A stretch of 59,563 nucleotides of DNA, filler included, from Rhizaria sp. SCN 62-66 (lineage: Eukaryota): assembly GCA_001724265.1 (NCBI GenBank). It is 2 parts of 2 records of this genome, joined end to end, with 100 filler letters (N's around TTAATTAATTAA, not from the genome) between each part and the next. Parts side by side here need not be neighbours in the genome. Positions count along the whole stretch, not along the records: positions 29,946 to 59,563 come from MEDY01000378.1; 1 more part is not named here. One strand, given 5' to 3'. Below are positions 47,876-58,437 of the stretch, one piece after another. The notes beneath the pieces were generated by a model. The model was not told the DNA's origin. It saw only the letters and a list, made by a program, of their open reading frames with translations, and searched no databases. The position numbers and the translations under genes are program-made. Within the stretch, counting starts at the first letter, position 1, and the number at the start of each line of letters is the position of its first letter.

Positions 47876-50672
47876 ATGACAAGCAAAGCGTCAGTTTGCG
47901 CGTTTTGCAGCAAGAATATTCGGTCTCTTATTGGAGTCCGCTCCGCACGCATCTGTGAGGCTTGCTTGCAGGTACGGATCCAAACGCTCGCGCACAAGCA
48001 GCTTGCTTCACAACCTTTAAATCTTCTCAAACTCACCTTTATTCACCTCATTTGTCGTGTTTCAGCAATGCCACTTGCTTTTTGCAAACTCTTACCTAGT
48101 CCATGTCTGCTTCTGTGCGCGCTCGCCCCGATTACCAATGAAATGCAGGCTGAGAACGCAGTGCAAGGTTTCGCCTCGTCATCGTCATCATCGTTTTCGG
48201 CCACCCAAGCAGCGACTCCCGCGCTGCGTACCCCTCACGTACGTCCTTGTCTGTGACGTCGATATGTCACATTCGCTAGTAGATTTTAGCCGCCTGGTCA
48301 TATTGTTCTCATGCTACAGTCAACAGGCTACGTATACTCTTTGCCCCTCATCCTTTTCTTCGACTCCCCGATTTGTCCATGTGCAGTTCTGTCATAAGCA
48401 CGGCGAACCTGTACCAATTTCGTTCTGGTGCGAGACATGCGCCGTTGTGTTCTGTGGCCACTGTGCATTTCTCAACAGCTATCACACCGGACACTCGATC
48501 AACTCCGTGGCCAGCAAGCACGCAGAGCTGCGTGCGCACGCGGCCACGCTCACTCCGCGCATTGCCACGCTTGCGAAGCAACTGGAGGAAGAGACTGCGC
48601 TTACAGCCACGCTGCGCAAACGCGCCGAGGCGTTGCAAACTGAGTTGCAAGCTCGCGCTGCATCCTTTAGCGAGCTTGCAGTTGCGCCGTACACTGCCCA
48701 GCTTGAGCTACTGAAGACGTTCATGACACAAACGGCAGCGCGCGAGACCAAGGCGCTCGCGAACGCGCACAAAACGCTCGGATCTATTGACAACTTTAAG
48801 GATGCACTCAGTATCGCGCGCTTGCACCGCATTCTGTTCCGCCCACCTGGCCCAGAGCCCGGGGACGGTGCCGACGGCGCTAGCGAACCGCGCAGTCTGG
48901 CGTACACACCGTGGGCCACTGCGCGCGCCGCGTTTGAGGCAGCGCTGACGGACGCGGTGGAGACTGTGACGCCGCGCACTGCCGTCTGCGAGGTCGAGGT
49001 GCCCCTCTCCGCGCTGGCGTCGTCTGCTGCTGCGGTGGAGCTGGGCACGGCGGAGCTGTGCGGCGTGGCGTTCGTCTGCCGCGTCCGCCGCGGCTGCAGC
49101 TGCGGCGCCGCTCCTCTCGTGCTTGCTGTGGAAGGGTCAGACGCAAGTTGCGCGCTGGCGCCGTGTACGTGTGCGATTGTGGGTGAAGTCGAGGCGCGCA
49201 CCGCCTCTGACGCCCTTGCAGCGCGCTACAACGAGTGCGCGGCGCGTGCGAAAGCAGTTGCGGAACTAATTGACACCGAGGACGCTGACGACAATGATGA
49301 CGATGATGCTAGGGAAAATGGCGCTGCGGCCGTTGCGCGCAACGGCAGTGATTCCAAAGACACAGTGTTTGGCACTGTACACGTCGAGTTTGCGGTTGCT
49401 GGCGCTGCTGATCAAGCCACCTACAAGTGCAATGTGATGCTCACAGACCCAAACAAGCGCGTTACCTCTGTTGCGCTTGCGAAGCACGCTGAGCTCATGG
49501 GCGGCAGCATTGCGAACGTCCGCGTGCGCTGCACTGTCGCCTTTCCCGACCTTTTTCATCAGGCGCGCGCGCTGCAGCTGTCCACAGATGCGCTGTCACA
49601 TGACTTCGCCGCGGCACAGCGGGCGCTAGCGCAGGGCAGCGCCGCTGCGGCGGCGGAGCTCGCAAGCAGTGTGCAACAGGCTGATGAGCTGCGCCGAAAG
49701 TTTGACGCGTTCGTAGACTTGCAACGGTTTGCGAAATCGGACGATGTTTTCAACAAGGAGCTTCTTGACGCGTTCAACAAGCATGTTGCGCATGTTCTTG
49801 AGAGCGGAGGCTATCCTATCATATGCCGGAATGTGGAAAACGCCCGTCTTAGGGAATCACACTGCCGATTTAAATGTAAAACCCCTGCTCCTGCGTGGAC
49901 CAGCGGCGCACCTTCAACATCTTTGACAGCACTGCAAACCAAGGCACGTGAGCATATCCTTGCCTACGCAGGCACCGCTATTGGGCTGAAGCACATCACG
50001 TCAGATGTGGTGATGACGGCGTCCTATCACACTCAACACGCGGGTCTTCAGGAGTACACTATTGTCATTCGACTTGACGACAAAAAGACTCCGTGCAATG
50101 CTGCTCACTTTCGCATTGCAGCAAATGCCAAAATATTATGTGATGCAATCCACAAGTGCTTTGCCCCCCCAGACCAGCTGGGTACTGTGCTGCCATTTAT
50201 CACGATGTCCAGCTGCTGCGTTTCCGGTCCGATCACCGTGCCTCCGGGCGATATTCTCTACGGGGAGATCTCATCTCCTGTGGATGCTGGCGCTGACGAA
50301 CATATATACCCTTTGGGGACTGTAATGATGTGTGCTAATATTATTCTTGATCCTAAAAACACGGATCATTAGACCCTGTTTTGGAGGTGTAACTCACAAT
50401 CGCAAAAGTATGATCATTTAGGCTATGATGGCGTTTTTTCAGGCACGACCAGCATACCTTGGTTCATCATCACGGAGCCCTGTGCAGCGAACCTTCTCCC
50501 TGGTGGTGTTGTCCCCGTTGGACGCGTGCTGTCCTGTGTGTTGGGACAGACTCCGTCGACGGACGACTTCGGCGACGCGCTCTTTAAAGCTGACAATACT
50601 CAGTGGTTTAGCGAGTACTGCAAGCGTCCATGTCACCCCTCAGTTCATTTCAAGCTATTTTGGAAGCGATGA
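47876..50672 (+). CDS. C4 zinc finger + B-box + coiled-coil (TRIM-like) protein; exons 47876-47971, 48149-48238, 48387-50672; in-frame TAG at 50370-50372
   Basis: Exon 1 has CAFC-x15-CEAC. B-box CHKHGEPVPISFWCETCAVVFCGHCAFLNSYHTGH is followed by a coiled coil. Both introns are phase 0, GTACG..CAG. The frame continues 99 codons past TAG to TGA 50670-50672, and that tail is conserved in the neighbouring paralog. Confidence 0.75.
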
Positions 50673-50881
50673 GGTACTAGTACTTCAACATCCACATATA
50701 TTGCTTTCTCCACTAGTTTATGGGCCAAAACCACGCAGAAGGAGTTTCTGCGTGGTGACTATCACGCTTGTAATCAATTACAAGCGACTAGTCAGAGGAA
50801 TTTACACTCTTAATTGTAAAATTTATCTTGGTGTGCAACGCCGTTTGTACTTTTCAAGAATCAGAACCATTTTTTTCCAAA

Positions 50882-51244
50882 ATGATCTGTGTCGCATGCC
50901 ATCACGCGCGCGCATCGCTCACGTACCGGCTACATCGTCAAAGTCGACGGTACGCCCATCGCATGGCGTTGGTGTTCGAGTGGCTCGGTTGCAGGACCAG
51001 CGGCCCGGTGCGCGCGTCCACCGACAACCTGCCCACGGTGCCGTTGGGCGTGTTCGAAGGCAAGCCCGTCGTGCCCGGAGCCGAGGATCACACTGCCGTG
51101 GTCCGCCCCAATGCCAAGTTGCAGACTTGTGCCGAGGTCCGGCTCAAGCGCGCAGTCAAGGCTAGCACGACATCCGGCGTTGGTGCTGCCGGCGACGAGG
51201 GGCCGTGGCGTTAGCCTAACCGACGCGGGAAGGCCCGAACATAA
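50882..51244 (+). CDS. Possible small hypothetical protein (120 aa if TAG 51212-51214 is read)
   Basis: GC-rich island in an AT-richer intergenic region. ATG 50882 is open to TAA 51242-51244 apart from one TAG. No recognisable motif. Confidence 0.25.
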
Positions 51245-51717
51245 GCGTGTGCAGTTTCCGTTGTTTTGAAACCATGCGTTTCTATATGTCTTTTTAAATG
51301 GTGGTACTTCGCGCGTACGAATTGATCCAAGGCTCACGCGTGGGGGAGTGTTGAGCCACTCAGCAACTGGCTTGCTCGAGTGGCGACGGGCCTAAGGAGC
51401 GGCAGACATGATGCACTTGACATCGTATTTGGTGTCGAGATATTTGCGGCATTGTTGTTTCTCCCAAGGAACGCAATTGCACTATATTGTTGTCAATCTT
51501 TGTGGTCTACATGTATTATATCGTATCGTGTGTTTCGCCTTCTAACATAATAAACTCATCGAGATATTCGTGGCATTTTTACTTCTCTCCCTACTCTTCG
51601 GTCAGAGACCGTTACTGTGTGGTTGTTCTCCTGAAACTAACAAATCCCACTCCAAACACAACAAACCGGTTGTCCCTCTTTTTATGGATCACGTTCCCCA
51701 ACGCGTTTAGACCCCAA

Positions 51718-52318
51718 ACAACGAGCAAAACCTCGCTTTGCATGTTTTGTGACAAGTGTATTTGGATAGGTGGGAATCTCCGGGCACGCATCTGCGCAAC
51801 CTGTTTGCAGGTAAGTTAGCTCTTCGTCAGCACTATCATTGCTGTCACTCCACATCAGAAACCCTATCGACAAACGTGTAAATAACGAATCCGTTCTCAC
51901 ACGTGATGCCGTGTCTTTATCGTGACTTTTCTCTTTGCTTTCTTTGTCATGATTTGATCGTAGGCTGAGAACGAACTACAAGGATCATCACGTTCCAGCC
52001 TTTTGTCTGTCACTATTGTCCCGACCTCCGCTACTCCCGCACCAAAACCCTCAAACGTACGTTGCTCACTTGGTTATGATGATATATCTTGGTTCATCAT
52101 CACGGAGCCGTGTGCAACAAACCTTCTACCTGGCAGTGCTGTTCCTGCTGGTTACGTGAGGTCGTGGGTTCTGGGGATAGCCCCAGCGACTGAGGATTCC
52201 GGCGACACTCTTATTAACGCTGACAATACGCAGTGGTTTAGCAAGTAGTGCAAAGATAGATATCATAACTTCTTTCCTCATAAAATCTGTTTTTTTCACT
52301 TCGTCTTTGAAGCGGTGA
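51718..52318 (+). pseudogene. Internally deleted tandem duplicate of the B-box gene
   Basis: TSKTSLCMFCDKCIWIGGNLRARICATCLQ|GT matches exon 1 and AG|AENELQG...PSN|GTACGT matches exon 2. WFIITEPCATNLLPG...ADNTQWFS then follows almost directly and matches the parent's C-terminal tail. Start ATG is absent, ~2.1 kb is missing and the terminal TGA is out of frame. Confidence 0.75.
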
Positions 52319-52913
52319 TGTACATGTGTATTGTGGATTACTTTGTCAACTTTGCGGACACGCTTAATCAGTTTCAATTGCATCACTTCGCATGTCATGT
52401 CATGTCATGCCATGTCATTCATGTTAACGACGGCTGGTGAAAGCGGTACATTTTAGCACAGTTAAGACACTTACGTCTCACAAACATATTTCAACGTTTT
52501 ATAAGTCAGATACGTCAGGCAGGTGTGGTTATATTCTAAGAAAAGCGGTCGTGTATTATTCATTCTCTAAACGACTCTGTTGTCGTTTTCCCCCTTAACT
52601 CACACGCTCGATATCAAAGTTGATCTGACTTGACTCATGCTCTATCAAAGCCCAGTTTGCCAGATACGTGTGTTTTGTCTGTGTTTTTTTCTTTTGTCGA
52701 TAGCCTACACTTGTTGATTTCAAAAGCTTGCTGTGTGTTGCTCTGTCGTCGCTGCATTGCTACGCAGCGTTGCTCTTGCGTGTCTTTTTGCTTTAACAAG
52801 AGTCAAAGTCAAAGCGGAAGGCACGTCAGTACAGTCTGCTGCCGTCGCTCGCGCGCACGGTCAGTGCACGCTGTGTGCGTGCATGGAGCGCAAAGTAAGA
52901 GTTAGTCACTCAC

Positions 52914-53276
52914 TTAGAGCTGGGGAGTGGCCTGCGGAATGGCTTGCGGGATAGCCTGAGGAATAGCCTGGGGAATAGCTTGGGGAATTGCCACGCCCTG
53001 GTCCTGCAGCTGCGGCGCGAACTGGAGCTGGCCCTGGGCCTGAGGGAACTGCGCGATCTGCTGGACGGGGACCTGGCCCTGGACGCCGCCGCCGTAGCCG
53101 CCGTAGCCGCCACCGCCAGCGCCAAAGCCGCCGCCGAAGCCGCCACCGTAGCCGCCGTAGCCGCCGCCGCCAGCGCCAACAGGGGCCTGGAAGCCGCCAC
53201 CGAAGCTGGGGCCGCAGCCGTACTGCGCAAAGGCGGAGCCGGCCAGCGCGAGAAGAGACGCGATAACGATACGCAT
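52914..53276 (-). CDS. Secreted Gly/Tyr/Phe- and Gln-rich protein with (AIPQ)5 tail, 120 aa
   Basis: Signal peptide MRIVIASLLALAGSAFA, GGGYGGYGGG repeats, Gln-rich segment, AIPQ repeats with synonymous variation. Stop TAA. Confidence 0.85.
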   Translation of the reverse strand: MRIVIASLLALAGSAFAQYGCGPSFGGGFQAPVGAGGGGYGGYGGGFGGGFGAGGGGYGGYGGGVQGQVPVQQIAQFPQAQGQLQFAPQLQDQGVAIPQAIPQAIPQAIPQAIPQATPQL

Positions 53277-54840
53277 GAGTACTTCTGTGTGCGAAATAAC
53301 ACGCAAAAATAAAACACAAAGGAGATGAAACATTGCTCTGAGCACGGAGTTCTTAAAAGCGAGTCCGAAAATGGACATTGAACAACTTGAAGAAGAAAAA
53401 CGTCTCCTTGTCACAATTCGTTATCGATACCTGTTCTAGCTCTCAGTGCTCGGGACATCGCCTCTTTTTTTCGTTTTAGTTTGGGCATCGATTTGCCCTT
53501 TGCCGGCATTTCAACAAATTTCTTGCTGTTCATTCACTGTTGCATTGCTACCGCGGCTTACATTTTTTCAGATCCATAGTTCAGTGAAATTCGTATCAAT
53601 CAACTTAAAGTTTAAACGAAATTTGAAATATTTTTTAAATGTGATTCATGTTAAGATATTCAATTTATTAACGTTCTTTTTATGATACGTTGCTGTGGAA
53701 TATATTTGGAAATTCTTTGTGAATGATGGCGGCTTAAACTTTAAGTCGGTGAAGGCGAAACTCAATGGATGCATACTTCATGAAACATTGTTGAATCACG
53801 ACCTCGCTGCTTATTTTAAGTGATATTATGTCAATAATTTAGCTACGTCGAAAAATGTAACCGAACTCTTTTGTATCACTGTGCAGTATGTCGTGTGCTA
53901 CTCATGTTGAAGACAATCGCTGTGGCGTCATGCTGATTACCGACTCAGTTTATTAATTGCAAGTACACTCGACGTGCATACTCCCGCTAAACATAAATAT
54001 ATTACTTCTCTCAAACTAGTTTACGCGGCTGAAGCTAAAACTATAACCAAGCCCCTTCGTGCCACTCACAGTCGCTCTGCTCACAGTCACACTGCTAGTT
54101 TGCATCCAACCTCTTTTTGGTGGATATCTCTTTTCATACCAAGGATCGCGCTAATCTAACGTGTAACTTCATAATATAGTTATATGAAATGAAGAGTCTG
54201 GCGTGCTGCAATTTAAAGCCAAATGTCCTAGTAATCTCACCGCAGACCGCAAGCTTACTGTGCTTCAAGTCCATATCAGAAACCCTCAACGTCGTTAATA
54301 TGTAACTCAGTGATTTTTTTCGCGCCGCAAAGTCTTTGTAGTGTCATCGTCTCTCCGTTAAAATGATGTTTGAGTCACTCTTGCAAGCCGAATGAACTCT
54401 GGATGCACTCTGACGTCTCCCTGTGAACAGCAACAAACACGTGTAATACAGAAAATAGATCGCGTGCAAACGCACACCAGATGAAAGGAATGATAATAGT
54501 GGATGTATTTCATAATCTGCACCGTGTAACGCAAAAGCGAGCTTGATTGTCATATGGGTCTCTAAGAAACGTAAAGAACATTCGCTACATCGACACAGCA
54601 GATCAAACGTAGCGCAAACACTAGTGCGTTAGCAACTTCACAGTGGCGACGCACACCACACGCGTATCATCTCAAGTTTCATAACTAAAAGCGTGATCAC
54701 TTCGCGCAGCGCAGCACTGCAATGCCACACTGTGCTGGTTCCGGCGAGGAGACGTCAGCACCCAACCACCGAGTGCTTTGACAGCTAACCGTCAAGCTTC
54801 GTGTTCCACGCTTAATAAGAAACGCTTCGCGCTTGCGCGC

Positions 54841-55347
54841 TTAGCAGAGAGTGAGGCTCTTGGTGATGCAGATGCGGCACTCCTTGTTGGGGACAGCAAC
54901 TACGTTTCCGGGCGCAATCTGGATGTCGATCGTGGGCTTGCAGATGTGGCGGAACTTGGCAGCCAGATCGAGCGTGGTGCGGAAGTACTCGGTGACGCCC
55001 ATGCCGGTGCAGGAACCGTGCTTGTCCCACTCGTGCTTCCAGAAGGCGTCGTTGTTGCCGGCGCCCTTGCAGCTGAACCACTCCGTCTCCATCTCCTTGC
55101 GGAAGCCGGCGACGGCCGAGGGGGAGTAGGCCGCGCCACCGCACTCCATGCCCCACTGCGGCCAGAGCCCGTGGATGCCGTACTCCTGCTGCTTCTCCGT
55201 GCACTTGGACATGGACAGCAGCATCGTCTGGTTGTTGTTCTTGTACAGCTCCGCCGCGCGCAGCTCCTGCTGGTAGTCGAACGGCATCGCGCTCGCGCCG
55301 GACAGCACGGCGAGCACCAGGGCGGTGAGGGCCAGGATCAGCTTCAT
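54841..55347 (-). CDS. Secreted ribonuclease T2 family protein, 168 aa
   Basis: Signal peptide MKLILALTALVLAVLSGASA; CAS-I YGIHGLWP; CAS-II FWKHEWDKHGSC. Stop TAA. Confidence 0.92.
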   Translation of the reverse strand: MKLILALTALVLAVLSGASAMPFDYQQELRAAELYKNNNQTMLLSMSKCTEKQQEYGIHGLWPQWGMECGGAAYSPSAVAGFRKEMETEWFSCKGAGNNDAFWKHEWDKHGSCTGMGVTEYFRTTLDLAAKFRHICKPTIDIQIAPGNVVAVPNKECRICITKSLTLC

Positions 55348-56402
55348 GGGCGGACGGGGGGTCTGCGCGGCAGGCAGGGCGGTTGGAGAGTGCAAAAGGG
55401 AGATGGCAAGTAAGAGGGTGTGAGACGGGATACCTAGACCTCGCTGGGCTGCCGCAATCAACAAAAAAAGGCTCAAATGTGAGTAGCATGCGCTCATGCT
55501 TGTTGTTGTGTCGAGTTTGGGGAGCGTTTGGCACGCTTCTCAAGTCGGCAACGCTTAAAGGGAGTACGTTATGACGACAGAATGACGCGCGCAAGGCTCT
55601 ATGGGCGCGATAATTCACGTCGCATGTCACTGTAAGCGTGTGTAGCAGATATAATACAACGAGTTAATGAAGGGAGCCAAAGCGCGATTGTCAGCTGCGG
55701 GACAGGGAGCGTGACGCGCGCTGCCCCGAGGGCGAAAGTGGCTGGAGAGTCCAGTTGAATGGTCACAATTTTTACTGTCGACACATCGCAACAAGAACAA
55801 GCTCCACGGTGTTACAATTTAACAAATACTGTGAAAACTCCATATACATTCGTTGTACAGTGTTGCAGACAGTCTGACGGCCAATGTGGTTCACTCTACT
55901 CGTCGCAAAGTTACAAGGCCTCTGCGCGAGCGAGTGGAAGCTGAAAGCGAAAGCGACGTCGCCAGCTCACGGAAAATCACGCATACCAAGTGAAAAGTAC
56001 ACTTTCTGGAAACTACAAAGTAATATATCTTTGTCCGGGCGTAGGGTGTAATGGTAGTGTGTAAATTAACTCATTTAAACGTATATGTTCCACTTTACTG
56101 CCGGTTTTCGGCACTCTTGTGGTGTCGACTGTTTTTAGGAACCGTTTCCGTTGGCGTTGCTGGTTGGTCCCGCCAAGTTGAACTGAACTTACAAGTTGAA
56201 TATGTATGTGTCGTGACCGTTGCATGCAAAAACTCGGCGTTTTTGGCGTAAAACATGCTAAATTCTATATTAATCTTTACTAACACTTTTCCAAGTTGTC
56301 TTGTTTGTCCCTCATACGCACCCGCTCCACAGCCACACACCTCCTTATCGGACCTCCACAATCTGCTTGTTGCACATACCCAGTCTGCGAGTCGGCTGAC
56401 GC

Positions 56403-58241
56403 ATGCGCCGCTCTCTTGTCGTGCTAGCCCGGCGCAGCACCGCGGCCGCCGATCCCAGCTTTATGTCTGAGCTGCTCTAGCTCTCCAGTGCCATCCCAAA
56501 GCCCGTGCGCGCGAAGAAGCAGACCGCAACCACTGCGTCAGTCACACTAAACACGGTCCAAAGCAACGGAATTGTCTCTGACATGGCCGCGGTTGCTTTC
56601 GCAACTAGCCTTGGCGCTGACCCACAGGTTGTGAAGCCCGCGCGGAAGCCCCGCATGACCAAGGCCGCCAAAGCCGCCGCCGAGGCCGAGGCCGCAGCTG
56701 CGGCGCTGGCAGCCCAAGTACAGGATCCTGCAGTTACTGCGGCGGCGGCGCTGGCGGCGACCCACGCCGCCACCGAGGCCGCAGTGGCCGCGCACGCGGC
56801 GCGGGTGAACGCGGCGGCGCGGCGCATTGTGCTGGACGCGCGCGCGGACGCGCAGGCGAACGTCGACCTCCATAGCCGCGACAGGAGGCACAGCACCGTG
56901 AGCAAACTCGCGATGATGCAGCAACAGCAGCAGCAGCAAATGCGCGCGCCAGTAAAGCAACAGGGCGATGCGACCTTTGCCCTTAAGAGCGCTAGTGCTC
57001 GCAAAAGCAGCAAGACGGCACCTGTGAGTGCTAGTGAAAGTGAGACGACGAGTGAACGCACGCTTACAGCCAAGCCCGCGCTCACCTTCACCAAAATCGC
57101 GCCACACAGCCCCAGCTCCGGTCCTAACCCTGACTCTGCTCGTGGCGCGGTTTTGCGCCCGCTGCCGCCGCCCGCGCTGGACCCCGCGACCGGCGAGCCC
57201 GAGTTCCGCCCCGCCTCAGCGCTGGACCGCTGCGCGGACGGGCTGCCTCCGTACCTAATCGGCGTGCATGCCTCGGCCGCGGGCGGGCCCGCCGCGGCCG
57301 TGGCCAACGCTCACGCGCTGCGCTGCGACGTCTTCGCGCTCGACGTGCGCAACAAGCGCCGCTGGGAGTCGCCGCCGCTGGCACCCACCGACGCCGCGGC
57401 CTTCCGCGCCACGATGCGCCGGCTGGGGTACCCGCTGCACGGCGGCAGCGTGCTGCCGCATGGGTCCTACCTTTGCAACCCCGCCTCGCCGGACCCCGCG
57501 GTGGTGGCCAAGACGCGCGCCGCGCTGGCCGACGAGCTGCGCCGCTGCGCGCGGCTGGGCGTCGCGCTGTACAACATCCACCCCGGCTCGGCAGTCACGG
57601 TCGCGGGCCGCGAGGGCGCGCTCGCCAGGGTCGCGCGGGGGCTCAACGAGGCGCTCGCGGCCACCGACGCCGACACCACCGAGGCCTGCGCTGCTACCGC
57701 CGCCATCGAGCGCGTCACTGAGGGCTCGAGCTGCAGCGCTCGCAATGCTGACTCAGCTATTACTGTCCCTAAGAAAGTGACCATCGTGCTTGAGAATACG
57801 GCTGGTGGCGGCGAGACGCTGGGCCGGTCGTTTGAGCAGCTGGCGGACATCATCGCGCTGGTCGAGGATAAGTCGCGCGTGGGCGTGTGCCTCGACACGT
57901 GCCACCTCTTCGCGGCCGGCTACGACGTCGCCACCGCGCGCGGCTTCGAGGCCGTCATGGCGCTCTTCGACGACGTCGTCGGCGCGCGGTGGCTGCGCGC
58001 GTTGCACGTCAACGACAGCGAGGGCGCGTGCGGCAGCCGGCGCGACCGCCACGCGCAGCTGGGCGCGGGCGCCATCGGACTTGAGTGCTTTGAGTACCTC
58101 ATGAACACTGACCGCTTCAGGGGCCTCCCGCTCGTGCTCGAGACGCCCGTGACCGAGCTCAGCGGGGACCGCGAGCAGGTTGCGCTGCTGCGCAGTCTCA
58201 CCAGCAAGAAGCTCCCCATCGTCGGCACGCTCGACGAGTGA
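56403..58241 (+). CDS. APN1: AP endonuclease, endonuclease IV/APN1 family, 612 aa from ATG 56403, in-frame TAG at 56478-56480
   Basis: Endo IV motifs IGVHASAAGG, VLPHGSYLCN, YNIHPGS, IVLENTAG, RVGVCLDTCHLFAAGYD, HVNDS..RDRH, LVLETP. In-frame ATGs at 56403 and 56463 lie upstream of a TAG. Stop TGA. A later start (ATG 56583) is possible. Confidence 0.9.
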
Positions 58242-58437
58242 GTGACCACAAAATGACTAATGGATATGATGCTTGTTTATGGTGACGAAGGACTGAAATC
58301 TAGTGCGTTACATAGGGTGAATGTGAATAACTAAACAGTGATTGACTTTATTAAGTTTAAGAATAAACCATTTTGTACGATAAGTACTCTTTGTTCTCCT
58401 ATCAATTGGTAAAGTGCATTTAATTTCTTGTATGCGC

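Noticed and set aside
51300-54780. Search for tRNA (especially CUA anticodon), snRNA, transposon or CRISPR features in the larger intergenic tracts
   Set aside because: No cloverleaf, terminal repeats, transposase or spacer arrays recognisable by eye; tRNAscan-SE or Infernal would be needed.
6234-56480. In-frame TAGs as pseudogenisation, sequencing errors, hidden introns or pyrrolysine
   Set aside because: Random damage should also give TAA, TGA and frameshifts, and none occurs in these genes. No GTACG-type intron covers the sites, and there is no pyl-like context. None of these explains the absence of TAG at gene ends. A-to-I editing is not strictly excluded without RNA data.
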